Origin: a virus
Virus record (IMG/VR): IMGVR_UViG_3300045988_106231
Coordinates: 70,775-134,774 of that record
Reading direction: 5' to 3' (one strand)
Length of the DNA stretch: 64,000 bases
In this document: positions 1 to 9,018 of the stretch, in pieces
How positions within the stretch are numbered: the first letter of the stretch is position 1
How the letters are laid out: every line of letters starts with the position of its first letter
Made by a program: the position numbers and the translations under genes
Notes under the pieces: model-generated
What the model was told of the DNA's origin: nothing
What the model saw: the letters and a program-made list of their open reading frames with translations, nothing else
Databases searched by the model: none

Positions 1-47
1 GCGTGGATTCCATTGGGACGATGAGACTGTAAAGGAGATGGAAGAAA

Positions 48-284
48 ATGCGTAAGTACACTCGGAAAGAACTGAAGAATATGGTTGCCCTTGGAATGGC
101 AGAAGATGTTACTCGTGCAAACAATGAGGATTATGAAAAGATTATCAAAAGAGAAGATTATCTTTCTCAGGTCGGATATTCCTCTGGTGTTTATGGTTGC
201 GATGGAATGTTACTCAAAGGATACAAAACCGGAACATATTATGCCGTGACTTCCAGAACGTCAGCAATTTATATTTTTGGTTAA
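48..284 (+). CDS. hypothetical early protein
   Basis: ATG with AAAGGAG 10 nt upstream; first of tightly packed same-strand ORFs. Confidence 0.55.
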   Translation: MRKYTRKELKNMVALGMAEDVTRANNEDYEKIIKREDYLSQVGYSSGVYGCDGMLLKGYKTGTYYAVTSRTSAIYIFG

Positions 285-287
285 GAG

Positions 288-536
288 GTGAAAATTTTGA
301 TAATTGATCTGATTCTTGACCGTAAAAACGGCAGACGATACAGCGCACATGATTTCTATCTTGAGGTTAGAAAGTATGAGCGTCTGGGTGTTGGCACTCA
401 TTGTGAAGATATTTCTATTGCAATGGATTACGGCGATAACAGAGATGTGCAGCGTGTTCTGTGTCAGTATATCCAGCGCAATAGATACCCGGCAGACATT
501 GAGGACTACATAAGAAGTCAAGTCTGGGTGGTATAA
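288..536 (+). CDS. hypothetical protein (GTG at 288 or TTG at 297)
   Basis: ORF with AAGAGG upstream; start codon ambiguous. Confidence 0.45.
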   Translation: MKILIIDLILDRKNGRRYSAHDFYLEVRKYERLGVGTHCEDISIAMDYGDNRDVQRVLCQYIQRNRYPADIEDYIRSQVWVV

Positions 537-626
537 GCAGCAGATGCTAGGTGATTAGCGGTACTAGGGCAGACATAACCGCTACCAGAATGTGAAAACA
601 CAATAATATTAAAAGGAGTGTTATGT

Positions 627-1007
627 ATGGCTTATATCGGTAAAAAGGACTTTCAGATGCTTGGAAAGATGTGGACACAGATGCGAGATCACAATGGATA
701 TGTACCTGAAAGTATGTTTCTTGAGTTTTCCGATGTAATGCATAGAGTTTCGATAAACAACGATAAAGTCACTAAAAGAACTGTTAAAAAGATATATGAA
801 GCTAGAGAGAAGGATAAGAATTATGGTCGCCGCCAGCAGAGATTTGTAAAGGCTTATCGGTGGGCATACGATTGTAAAGCGAAAGAGGCAGTGGAGATGT
901 ATAAGAAATATAGAGAAGAATCTCCTGAGAAGATTAACGAAGTTATTGATTATTATGACAAGTGTCAAGAACAGTGTCGTCTTAAAAACGAAGAGAGTGA
1001 TATCTAA
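627..1007 (+). CDS. hypothetical protein
   Basis: ATG at 627 is 8 nt after AAGGAG; ORF-track start 618 is an in-frame GTG inside the RBS. Confidence 0.6.
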   Translation: MAYIGKKDFQMLGKMWTQMRDHNGYVPESMFLEFSDVMHRVSINNDKVTKRTVKKIYEAREKDKNYGRRQQRFVKAYRWAYDCKAKEAVEMYKKYREESPEKINEVIDYYDKCQEQCRLKNEESDI

Positions 1008-1021
1008 AAGGAATGATTGAT

Positions 1022-1237
1022 ATGGAAACAATGTACGATCGTATTAAGCGGATGGATAAGCATGAACTTGCTGAGTTTATCTATATTATTTATCAAGTTG
1101 GTGTTAAAGATGGGGAACAGAATCTTTGTGATTCTCCTATGGGATTTTTTGGTTGCTGTTACTTCCTTAATGATAATGCAAAAGTATGGATGCCGAATGA
1201 TAAGCCCAAAGATCTTTGTGATGCTTGGAATATCTAA
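1022..1237 (+). CDS. hypothetical protein
   Basis: ATG 9 nt after AAAGGA; Cys-containing small protein. Confidence 0.5.
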   Translation: METMYDRIKRMDKHELAEFIYIIYQVGVKDGEQNLCDSPMGFFGCCYFLNDNAKVWMPNDKPKDLCDAWNI

Positions 1238-1262
1238 AATCATGCTTTTATGAGGTGAGAAT

Positions 1263-1514
1263 ATGTTTGATCCAAAACGTGTTTGGAATTGGTTGACGAA
1301 TTATGTGAATAATTCACTTGACAATGAGATTATTTGGACTGATGGAGAAAGCATTTTTACAAAAGATGAATATTACGCAAACGATATTTCTAATGCTATT
1401 GATCTTCTTGTTGGTAGAAATGTTTCAGTAACGGGCTATTACGATCCAAAGGAAGATGAAATAAATAGATGCACAGATGAATATACCGGATGGTATTACG
1501 TTTCAATTGAATAA
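1263..1514 (+). CDS. hypothetical protein
   Basis: GAGGTGAG RBS then ATG. Confidence 0.55.
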   Translation: MFDPKRVWNWLTNYVNNSLDNEIIWTDGESIFTKDEYYANDISNAIDLLVGRNVSVTGYYDPKEDEINRCTDEYTGWYYVSIE

Positions 1515-1547
1515 AACAGATATTTTACAATGATTAAGGAGATTCTA

Positions 1548-1751
1548 ATGAAACCATTAAGAGATAATCCTATCGAAGAAGGAATAGATGCTTTCTTTGA
1601 AGAAAAACAAAGACTCGAAGAAGAAAAGCAAAAACTCGAAGAAGAAATCAGAGATTACGAACAGGATTATTTGGACCGATATTATGATCTGTTAGAGGAG
1701 GAAGAACAAGAGTGTCGTTTAGAATTACTTAATGACTTTTACAATGACTAA
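1548..1751 (+). CDS. hypothetical acidic coiled-coil protein (EEKQ(R/K)LEEE repeat)
   Basis: AAGGAG 6 nt before ATG 1548; internal direct repeat at protein level. Confidence 0.55.
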   Translation: MKPLRDNPIEEGIDAFFEEKQRLEEEKQKLEEEIRDYEQDYLDRYYDLLEEEEQECRLELLNDFYND

Positions 1752-1763
1752 GGAGGTTACATT

Positions 1764-2195
1764 ATGACATTTGAACAGTATAAAAAGAATCGTCCGTTAT
1801 TTTCCGATCCATACTATTTGGATATCGTCGAAAGAGTAGAAAGACAATTTTCTATGATTCCAACGAAATATATTCATGATGCAGAAAGCGAACTTCCACC
1901 AAAACTTGATTTTGGGATTTTAGGAGAATCAAAATATCTTTCCGTTCCGTGTATTGTTTTTATGAGTGATGGTACAGAATACGGAACGTATGTTGACCTT
2001 TCATGTTATTACAGCTATCAAGACAATCAATGGTATTTTGATCGCATTGATGTTTGTAGAACCTTATCTTTACGTGAAGTGTACAGAAGAAAACCAACTG
2101 TTTTGAAGTGGGTTCCGTTAAAGATTGTATGCAACGAAGATAAAAGAACAGATAAATCTTTCAAATATTACAATAACTATTACGAAATGATGTAA
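1764..2195 (+). CDS. hypothetical protein
   Basis: AAGGAGG RBS, 143 aa ORF. Confidence 0.6.
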   Translation: MTFEQYKKNRPLFSDPYYLDIVERVERQFSMIPTKYIHDAESELPPKLDFGILGESKYLSVPCIVFMSDGTEYGTYVDLSCYYSYQDNQWYFDRIDVCRTLSLREVYRRKPTVLKWVPLKIVCNEDKRTDKSFKYYNNYYEMM

Positions 2196-2209
2196 AAGGA
2201 GATTACACT

Positions 2210-2431
2210 ATGAAAGTTTATAAGAGCAAGGAATCGAAGAATACGGCTTATATTAGTGAAGTTATGATGCATCCTTATTACGGTGCTCCAGTGCAACGTG
2301 GATATCAGTTGGCTATCTATGATTCTTACGGATTCAATTATCATGTGTCGTGTCACGAAACGCAAAACGATGCTCTTTGGTATCTTCAGAATCGTTGTGG
2401 TGGTGGGTACGAATACGATAAGGAGATTTGA
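2210..2431 (+). CDS. hypothetical protein
   Basis: AAAGGAG RBS, 73 aa. Confidence 0.55.
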   Translation: MKVYKSKESKNTAYISEVMMHPYYGAPVQRGYQLAIYDSYGFNYHVSCHETQNDALWYLQNRCGGGYEYDKEI

Positions 2432-2433
2432 GT

Positions 2434-2619
2434 ATGACCAACAAAGATATGAAAGTGATTCTCACAGCACTTAGTTTCTACCGCAGAAAACTGATTGACC
2501 AGTCTGTTGTGTTCCTTAGAGCTGGCAATCATGAGGATGCAAAGCAGTCAACGATGGAAGCGGCCAACGTGAATGCGCTGGTGATTAAGTTTACAAGAGA
2601 AAAGGAGATTGCAATATGA
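2434..2619 (+). CDS. hypothetical protein
   Basis: ATG 2434 downstream of AAGGAG; ORF-track 2428 is a TTG. Confidence 0.5.
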   Translation: MTNKDMKVILTALSFYRRKLIDQSVVFLRAGNHEDAKQSTMEAANVNALVIKFTREKEIAI

Positions 2620-2879
2620 TTTCAATCACCGAAAATGACATGAAAGTTAAAATTCCAAACGGATATCTCGTGTGTGTTCCTACGGGTGGTGCTGATGAAT
2701 ATCCTGGTGTTGGTGTTTTCTTTTCAAAAGACGGCAAATATGCAAGCTGGGACGATTTAGTATCAATGATAGAATATAATTCAGCGTTTGAAAACATTCA
2801 AACAGTTGGATTTAAAAAAGGTAGCGACGATTATGTGGCCGCTATTCGATTTGAAGATGGCGATATTAGTACAGATTGA
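2616..2879 (+). CDS. hypothetical protein
   Basis: AAGGAG RBS; start overlaps previous stop (ATGA). Confidence 0.55.
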   Translation: MISITENDMKVKIPNGYLVCVPTGGADEYPGVGVFFSKDGKYASWDDLVSMIEYNSAFENIQTVGFKKGSDDYVAAIRFEDGDISTD

Positions 2880-2890
2880 GGGGGAGCAAT

Positions 2891-3211
2891 ATGAATAACG
2901 AAAACAAGATTGTTGTGACTAGTTGGACAGGGAAATCTTGGGAGATGACCCCTGAACAGATTGAAGCAGCATATCGTTACAGAGAATTTCAGTATCGTAT
3001 CAGTGATGCTAAGAATCAATTGGAACTTAATGCGGACTGGATTGAAGAAAAATACGGTTATTCTAACGATGAAGCTATTGAGTACGCAGAGGAACTGGCT
3101 GAACGTTTTCAGGATGATTTTGATTGTAATGTACCTGAAAACGAGGCATGGAATAATTGTATCGCAGAAGTATTTGATGGGCTTGGCAGAAAGGAGAGTA
3201 ATGATGACTGA
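2891..3211 (+). CDS. hypothetical acidic protein
   Basis: GGGGGAG RBS then ATG 2891. Confidence 0.55.
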   Translation: MNNENKIVVTSWTGKSWEMTPEQIEAAYRYREFQYRISDAKNQLELNADWIEEKYGYSNDEAIEYAEELAERFQDDFDCNVPENEAWNNCIAEVFDGLGRKESNDD

Positions 3212-3440
3212 TCCTTGTCGTTATTGCGTGGCACCGGAGCGTCATCCCGGCTGTCATGACCATTGTGAGAAGCTGAAAGCCCATCGTGAAAGTGACGAGT
3301 ATAAGAAGCTGTGTGAATATAAGAATACATACCTAAAAAGTCATTCGACAGCAAGTTCTTCTCAGATTAACAAAGCGATGCGGTATTTTAAATGTAAAGG
3401 TTATAGCCTTTATGGATTTAAGAATGTTGGGAGTGTGTAA
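3204..3440 (+). CDS. hypothetical Cys/His-rich small protein (CxxC, HPGCHDHC)
   Basis: ATG 7 nt after AAGGAG at 3191; upstream part of track ORF 2961..3440 overlaps previous gene and is rejected. Confidence 0.55.
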   Translation: MTDPCRYCVAPERHPGCHDHCEKLKAHRESDEYKKLCEYKNTYLKSHSTASSSQINKAMRYFKCKGYSLYGFKNVGSV

Positions 3441-3441
3441 A

Positions 3442-3675
3442 ATGTGGGTTTTAGCTAAATGTCAATATTCAAATGATAACAAGATTGGATATGCTGTATT
3501 TTACGATATTGATAAGCTTGGGTGTGTAACACTTATGTTCAAAATATATGAAGATACAAATTCTATTGAGTTCTTTTATTGTCTATTAGAAGTGAGCACT
3601 CGGCTAGAAAAGAAAACGTGTGAGAATATTTTAAAAGCCTATTTGAAAGAGAAAGGGATTTTTGTAGAGGATTAA
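3442..3675 (+). CDS. hypothetical protein, paralog family 1 (C-terminal ...IFVED)
   Basis: Sequence similarity to the next three ORFs (KIGY/YGIG, ...IF(V/G)ED end). Confidence 0.55.
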   Translation: MWVLAKCQYSNDNKIGYAVFYDIDKLGCVTLMFKIYEDTNSIEFFYCLLEVSTRLEKKTCENILKAYLKEKGIFVED

Positions 3676-3677
3676 CT

Positions 3678-3899
3678 ATGTGGGATTTAGTTGAAAATGA
3701 ATATTCTAAAAAATATGGGATTGGGTGCGCAACCTTTTTTCGTGACAAACAATTAAAAACAGCAATGGTTATGTATAAATATAATGGCCGTAGCGTTATG
3801 TTTTGCTATTCCGAGTACGATAATAAGATTCTATCTGACGGTGATAAAGATGAAATTGAGATGACAATCAAAAAGAAACTCAACTTTTGGAAGGATTAA
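3678..3899 (+). CDS. hypothetical protein, paralog family 1 (MWDL... N-terminus)
   Basis: N-terminus MWDLVENEYSKKYGIGCA matches the next ORF's MWDLMGNNYSEVYGIGYA. Confidence 0.6.
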   Translation: MWDLVENEYSKKYGIGCATFFRDKQLKTAMVMYKYNGRSVMFCYSEYDNKILSDGDKDEIEMTIKKKLNFWKD

Positions 3900-3901
3900 T
3901 T

Positions 3902-4138
3902 ATGTGGGATTTAATGGGTAACAATTATTCAGAAGTATACGGTATTGGATATGCTTTACTGAATGGAATTTCAGCTGGATTTTATGTAAGTGTCATGTAC
4001 AAGAATCTTGGAAATGAAATTTACTTCTATTATCTTGATGATGCTTCTTACGGAGAACTCGATGATAATACCAAAAACAAAATTGAAGATATTATCTATG
4101 ATGATCTTAACAAGCGTCATATTTTTGGGGAGGACTGA
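3902..4138 (+). CDS. hypothetical protein, paralog family 1
   Basis: ATG 3902; paralogous to 3678..3899 over its full length. Confidence 0.6.
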   Translation: MWDLMGNNYSEVYGIGYALLNGISAGFYVSVMYKNLGNEIYFYYLDDASYGELDDNTKNKIEDIIYDDLNKRHIFGED

Positions 4139-4140
4139 TT

Positions 4141-4389
4141 ATGTGGGATCTGATGGAAGTTCACGCTTGTTTTGATGGTGAAGGTTGGGTTTGGAATGAA
4201 TCTTTTCATCACAAGGATGTATTTGTAGATGAGAACGAAAACCCGAGAGAAATCTTTTGGCAAGAATGTCAGATGTTCTTCCTTCAGGATTATCTGAACA
4301 AATGTGAGGTCGTGGATGATGGTGATATCCTAGAACTTCAGCTAAAGGATTCTGGTGAACCAGTTCTAGCTATGATTATAGCAGAGTAA
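4141..4389 (+). CDS. hypothetical protein, paralog family 1 (N-terminus only)
   Basis: Shares MWDLME N-terminus; remainder diverged. Confidence 0.55.
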   Translation: MWDLMEVHACFDGEGWVWNESFHHKDVFVDENENPREIFWQECQMFFLQDYLNKCEVVDDGDILELQLKDSGEPVLAMIIAE

Positions 4390-4402
4390 AGGAGAATGAG
4401 TT

Positions 4403-4723
4403 ATGAAAATTCATCCTAAATATATTGATGTTTTGGAATCGCTGGATTGGCGCGTATGTGACTATACAGGTGATGGCAGAATTGAAATTGAAAATTATTC
4501 TCCAGCAGGAGAGAACTTAATCGTTTGTGTGGAGGTTGAGAACTTCCCTGAATCAGTTTATGAATATGCTCGTGATTTTGATGCTGATGAGCACGCAGAG
4601 ATGTGGGTGGGACATCGTGGGGAAGGCGGTTGTCCTTCTAGTGTCAGAGAACTTATTGACGACGCTGATGCTATTAAAGAAATGTTGGAAGAATTAGCTA
4701 GTAGACTTATGGAGGTGGAATGA
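4403..4723 (+). CDS. hypothetical acidic protein
   Basis: AAAGGAG RBS, 106 aa. Confidence 0.55.
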   Translation: MKIHPKYIDVLESLDWRVCDYTGDGRIEIENYSPAGENLIVCVEVENFPESVYEYARDFDADEHAEMWVGHRGEGGCPSSVRELIDDADAIKEMLEELASRLMEVE

Positions 4724-4726
4724 ATT

Positions 4727-4999
4727 ATGACTCGGTTTTATCTTAATGCGGGTGCTTTTGGCCGTTGGATGCACCAGAATAAAGCACTATACACTGGTGC
4801 TTATATTGAAGGTGTTTTGGTCGATAGTTTTGTTGTTGAAACGAAGCGTGGAATCGCAGCCTTTTATGAGCATCCTTTGAACGAGTGGACGAGCAACTAT
4901 TATGTTGAGTTTACCGATTATAAAAATGGTTTTAAGAACGGAGAGGTCGATAAGATTTGGTCTGATTGGGACGCTTTTGAAGAAAAGGCTAGTGCATAA
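4727..4999 (+). CDS. hypothetical protein
   Basis: Compact spacing after previous stop, 90 aa. Confidence 0.55.
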   Translation: MTRFYLNAGAFGRWMHQNKALYTGAYIEGVLVDSFVVETKRGIAAFYEHPLNEWTSNYYVEFTDYKNGFKNGEVDKIWSDWDAFEEKASA

Positions 5000-5012
5000 G
5001 AGGTGAATGAAT

Positions 5013-5198
5013 ATGAATGATGTTAAAAAGATTATCATTGCCTTAAAGGACGAATATTCTTATTGCCAAGATATTGCTTACACTGCACAAAAAGAAGGCG
5101 ATGAAGAGAGAATGACATGGTATTATGGCAAAGCAACCGGAATTAAAAAGTCTATTGAAACAATCAAAAAAATGAAGAATTACGGAATCATTTTATAA
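5013..5198 (+). CDS. hypothetical protein
   Basis: ATG 5013 is 7 nt after AAGAGGTG. Confidence 0.5.
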   Translation: MNDVKKIIIALKDEYSYCQDIAYTAQKEGDEERMTWYYGKATGIKKSIETIKKMKNYGIIL

Positions 5199-5214
5199 AA
5201 GGGAGATTTTAGAT

Positions 5215-5700
5215 ATGAAAAACTATATTTTGATCGCCGTTAACGAACGGAAAATTTTCGAACCTGATTGTTTTGAAACTCTTGATGAGGCTCAAGCAGA
5301 GATGAGAAAACGTGTTGAGCAAATCGTGAGTCAATCTGGCGGAGAAACAGAAGTTGATTTTGAAATCAACAATGACAGTGCCTATGTGACGGACGCTCAT
5401 TTTGAGCTTGGCGATGGAAACTGGGATTTTGCAATTTGCGAAGTGGTTGATACGAAATACCCTGAAAATATTAAAGATGCCATGTTTACTTCTGTTTGGG
5501 ACGGTGGCTTTGAAGTCACTACGAAATGCAAGGTGAATACGGAAACAAAAGAGATTTTTGATATCGAGGTGTCGGAATCTACTGCAGATGCCGTGAATGA
5601 ACTCGACGAAGAATATGTCACTATTGATGGCGTAGATTATTCAGCTGCAAATCATGATGACATCGATGAAGACGATAAAGAAACTTACTGGTATGAATAA
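5215..5700 (+). CDS. hypothetical highly acidic protein (possible DNA-mimic type)
   Basis: 161 aa dominated by D/E; AAGGGAG RBS. Confidence 0.6.
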   Translation: MKNYILIAVNERKIFEPDCFETLDEAQAEMRKRVEQIVSQSGGETEVDFEINNDSAYVTDAHFELGDGNWDFAICEVVDTKYPENIKDAMFTSVWDGGFEVTTKCKVNTETKEIFDIEVSESTADAVNELDEEYVTIDGVDYSAANHDDIDEDDKETYWYE

Positions 5701-5718
5701 ACTTCAAGGAGAATAAAC

Positions 5719-6585
5719 ATGACTGCTCTGTATTGTTATGACAACGAAATAATAAAGTGGACTTACGGCGATAATCTGTATTGCTTGCATATCCAGCGCG
5801 ATAATGAAGCGGATAATAATCCTCGTTGGTGGGATGACCACGATTCTGTAATGGCCTGTTTCCATTCTCGATACAATCTGGGCGATAAGGTTGATGCAAA
5901 AACACCGGAAGAGTTTTGGAATAACCTGGTTTACAAATATTGTTATGATGATGAAGTTCTTGATGCGCTTTTTAATATGAAGCTGGAAGATACATGTGTC
6001 GTTGTTGATGAAAATTATAGCGACGAAAAAAGATATGCCATCTGCGGTATTGGAACTCTTTTTAATGAAAAGGTTTCGGTAAACCCGATGTATGTTGGTT
6101 TGAAGTATAACGAGATTGTTACATACGTTACTGGTGAGTTTTCGATTCGCGATTGTCAGATTCTTCTTGATAAGTATATTGCATGGCTTCCTCTTTGGCT
6201 GCATGACCATTCTGGCTTGTCCATGGATTGCGATACACAGTTCAGAGGTTCATGGGACGATAGTAATGTTGGCTGGATTGTGACCGCTATTACGGATGGT
6301 TCTGATAGTACCAAAAATGAAGCAGAACGAATCATGCGTGATGAGGTAAAGACTTATAGCGATTATCTTTCCGGTGAGAACTATGGCTATACGCTTTATC
6401 GAGAAGAACACGGAGAATGGAAGGAGATTGACAGAACATTCGGATTTATCGGTTCTGACGTGTTTGAAAACGGTATCACATACAGTGTAAGCTATGGTCT
6501 TGAAAAGGCATTGAGGGAAGATCGATGCCGTATTGGTGATGCAGAAAAGGTTGTCACTGTTACTTATGATTTTGATAAATGTTGA
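5719..6585 (+). CDS. hypothetical protein (288 aa)
   Basis: AAGGAG RBS; long ORF, no motif recognised. Confidence 0.65.
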   Translation: MTALYCYDNEIIKWTYGDNLYCLHIQRDNEADNNPRWWDDHDSVMACFHSRYNLGDKVDAKTPEEFWNNLVYKYCYDDEVLDALFNMKLEDTCVVVDENYSDEKRYAICGIGTLFNEKVSVNPMYVGLKYNEIVTYVTGEFSIRDCQILLDKYIAWLPLWLHDHSGLSMDCDTQFRGSWDDSNVGWIVTAITDGSDSTKNEAERIMRDEVKTYSDYLSGENYGYTLYREEHGEWKEIDRTFGFIGSDVFENGITYSVSYGLEKALREDRCRIGDAEKVVTVTYDFDKC

Positions 6586-6609
6586 GCTCTAAAATGGGGT
6601 TGAATAGAT

Positions 6610-6774
6610 ATGGCATATAAATATACCGAAGAAGAAGTTTGGAATGCGATTCATACACTTTCTGATATGAGAGCTGGATTTAACTGCTTTGACGAAAATG
6701 ATGTACAGAAGTATGAAGCGTGTTCAATGGGGATTGTTGCATTAAGAACGCTTGTGAACGCCGATAAAAGTTGA
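6610..6774 (+). CDS. hypothetical small protein (54 aa, not in ORF track)
   Basis: ATG..TGA ORF fills the gap between flanking genes. Confidence 0.35.
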   Translation: MAYKYTEEEVWNAIHTLSDMRAGFNCFDENDVQKYEACSMGIVALRTLVNADKS

Positions 6775-6793
6775 ATTTTAGAAGGAAAATAAA

Positions 6794-7288
6794 ATGGATG
6801 ACAATATGATGGAACGTCAAATTGCTGATTATATGGTAGAGTATGGCACTAAGAATACAAATTATGGCACATGGGTGTTTGAGGTTGATGAACTGGCGAA
6901 AAAGTTCAATATTACAGAGAAATGGATTCAGGAACATGAAGACGGTATTATGTCTGAGCTGTATCTCAGAGAAGAAGTGGCTGACGTTGAACGTGAATTA
7001 AGCGGCAATGATATGACTATCACACTTTTTGATGTGAATTTCTACACCGACTATTGCCCTAACTATATTGAAGACGAACAGGAAAAGGATGATGGCGTAA
7101 ATCAATATTGGTTTGCTGAAACTCGTTGGTGTATCGATGATATTATCGGTATTGCAAAAGACAATGGAATTGAAATGACTCCGCAGCAAGCAGAACAGTG
7201 GTGGAAAAAGAATGAAAATTGGTTCAGAAATGCTCTTGTTGAATATGGTAATGAAGTGCTAAAAAATGTAAATTTTGATGAGGTATAA
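6794..7288 (+). CDS. hypothetical acidic protein
   Basis: GAAGGAAAA RBS region, 164 aa, acidic. Confidence 0.6.
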   Translation: MDDNMMERQIADYMVEYGTKNTNYGTWVFEVDELAKKFNITEKWIQEHEDGIMSELYLREEVADVERELSGNDMTITLFDVNFYTDYCPNYIEDEQEKDDGVNQYWFAETRWCIDDIIGIAKDNGIEMTPQQAEQWWKKNENWFRNALVEYGNEVLKNVNFDEV

Positions 7289-7291
7289 AAC

Positions 7292-7462
7292 ATGAAAATG
7301 AATATTGATATTGATATTGAACGTGTTGGAAGTGGTTTGTTTAACGTCTATATCAGTGATAATGGAAACTCTGGTGCCGAATACAAAAATGTAGACTGCA
7401 ATCAAATTGGTGAATATGTAGCAGATTTGATTGATTGTTTGGAAGAAAGTTATGAGGTGTAA
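7292..7462 (+). CDS. hypothetical small protein (56 aa, not in ORF track)
   Basis: GAGGT RBS then ATG 7292; fills gap. Confidence 0.4.
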   Translation: MKMNIDIDIERVGSGLFNVYISDNGNSGAEYKNVDCNQIGEYVADLIDCLEESYEV

Positions 7463-7465
7463 GGT

Positions 7466-7801
7466 ATGAATTATGATAATGGACCTTGCTGGTTGTGTAT
7501 TGAGAAATCTTGCAAGAACTGTCCATGTGCTGTTGCTGAAGCATATGAAAATACATATTTAGATGCACAGTGGATGCAGAAGCTAAGTTGGAATAAAGAT
7601 GATTGCGATAAATTTGTTGAGCGTCTTTGGAAAGAGAACACAGATATCGCATGGACCGAAAATGAACGTGGAGAACTAGTTCTTGATCAGAATTGGAGAG
7701 GTTTCCCAGTTGGCAACTTTACACAAGATGATTGGTTCCGTTGGGTGGATGAGTTTCATAGTAAAGGTGTTGGCTGGGTTTACGAGAATGTGAGGGTTTG
7801 A
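7466..7801 (+). CDS. hypothetical Cys-rich protein (CWLC...CKNCPC)
   Basis: GAGGTG RBS; 111 aa. Confidence 0.55.
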   Translation: MNYDNGPCWLCIEKSCKNCPCAVAEAYENTYLDAQWMQKLSWNKDDCDKFVERLWKENTDIAWTENERGELVLDQNWRGFPVGNFTQDDWFRWVDEFHSKGVGWVYENVRV

Positions 7802-8046
7802 TTATGAAATATATGTGGGCGGTTTGTGATGTAAAAGCAGACGGAAAATATTATGCTTATCCAATAAGGATTTCCGTAATGGATAATCTGTTAAGCAAAT
7901 TAGCCATTAAGGGTATTAAGGCTGCAAATCTCTGTGAGAGTAAAAAGAAGGCAAAGAGGTTGCGGATATGTGGAATGAGTGCCATAAGACAAATAAACAA
8001 TATATGTTCACGACAGATGGTCCAACGTTTTGAAAGGAGAAAATGA
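7798..8046 (+). CDS. hypothetical basic protein
   Basis: ATGA overlap with previous stop; weak RBS. Confidence 0.4.
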   Translation: MIMKYMWAVCDVKADGKYYAYPIRISVMDNLLSKLAIKGIKAANLCESKKKAKRLRICGMSAIRQINNICSRQMVQRFERRK

Positions 8047-8047
8047 T

Positions 8048-8284
8048 ATGTGGTGTGTTATTGAATGTGGTTCTGAAGGTGAGATTTTTGAGCCTGAATT
8101 TTTCAAAACCAAAACGGAAGCAATAAAATACATTATGGATGATTCGGAAGAATGTTATGCAATGTATTCTGATTTTCCTGACGTCCAAACTGATTATGAT
8201 GACAATGAATTTGAGGCACAAGTTTGGACAGATAAATTCAGTTTCAAATGGAAAGCATTTGATGTTTCTGGTAAGTTAATGTAA
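8048..8284 (+). CDS. hypothetical acidic protein
   Basis: ATG 8048 is 8 nt after AAAGGAG. Confidence 0.55.
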   Translation: MWCVIECGSEGEIFEPEFFKTKTEAIKYIMDDSEECYAMYSDFPDVQTDYDDNEFEAQVWTDKFSFKWKAFDVSGKLM

Positions 8285-8299
8285 AAGGAGAGTTTTATT

Positions 8300-8485
8300 A
8301 TGAAATATGACACTCAAGCGATGGCCGAGGTCCTTTGTAAAACAGCAGGCGTTGAATATAGCTCTGATTTGGAAAAATTGCTGTACCATTTAAATGTTCA
8401 AGCACAAAATCCTTACAATGCAGATTTTCGGCGTACAGGTTTGGCTATCATTGTAAAAGTGTGTGAGGAGTTGGAAAAACGATAA
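8300..8485 (+). CDS. hypothetical protein
   Basis: AAAGGAGAG RBS, 61 aa. Confidence 0.5.
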   Translation: MKYDTQAMAEVLCKTAGVEYSSDLEKLLYHLNVQAQNPYNADFRRTGLAIIVKVCEELEKR

Positions 8486-8658
8486 TGTATTACCATCTTG
8501 AATATTCTGTCAGGCATTTTATGTACGGCGATACATACAAAGGGCATGAAATCTATCCAACAAAAGAGCTGCGTGATGCAGAACTTAACTGGATGAAAAC
8601 GTGTTATAGTAAGCCGACAGAGCTTGTCTATACAACGTATGAAAACCGAAACGCTTAG
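8485..8658 (+). CDS. hypothetical small protein (57 aa, not in ORF track)
   Basis: ATAATG overlap with previous stop; fills gap. Confidence 0.35.
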   Translation: MYYHLEYSVRHFMYGDTYKGHEIYPTKELRDAELNWMKTCYSKPTELVYTTYENRNA

Positions 8659-8680
8659 TGAAGATAAGATAATGATATGA

Positions 8681-9007
8681 ATGGAAATAGATATGAGTAA
8701 TTTGAAATATAGCTGGAAATACGGGGAAAACGAACATCAAAAATATTACGATGTTTATATTGGAAAAGACTATCTTTGTGTCTGGCAAAACAAATGGGAA
8801 CCTGATATTTGGATGGGGATGTCCCGTGATAAAATGATTCATAACAAAACAAAGAATAATAAATATCGTCGCAAAGAAAAACTTCCTTTGAATACACATT
8901 GGAGCGAACTGCGATGTGACACTATTCTTTGTAGTATTGATCCTGTTTATATGATGAAGAAAGTCGAATATTGTTATCGTCATAATATTGATGAAATTTC
9001 AGAATAA
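8681..9007 (+). CDS. hypothetical protein
   Basis: 108 aa ORF; start 8681 or 8693. Confidence 0.5.
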   Translation: MEIDMSNLKYSWKYGENEHQKYYDVYIGKDYLCVWQNKWEPDIWMGMSRDKMIHNKTKNNKYRRKEKLPLNTHWSELRCDTILCSIDPVYMMKKVEYCYRHNIDEISE

Positions 9008-9018
9008 GGAGAATGAAT

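Noticed and set aside
2961-3203. N-terminal 80 aa of track ORF 2961-3440
   Set aside because: It overlaps the 2891-3211 gene in another frame. An internal ATG at 3204 with a perfect AAGGAG RBS gives a compact Cys/His-rich protein, so only 3204-3440 is kept.
5704-6210. Minus-strand ORFs in the six-frame track. Examples: 5704-6210, 9886-10452, 10565-11569 (334 aa), 22664-23368, 27329-27928, 29162-29686, 37459-37953, 39967-40464, 49230-50024.
   Set aside because: All lie entirely inside well-supported + strand genes (Bro-N, the 690-aa gene, SSB-like, ATPase, DnaE, helicase, flotillin). They lack RBS and are typical antisense shadow ORFs of AT-rich coding sequence.
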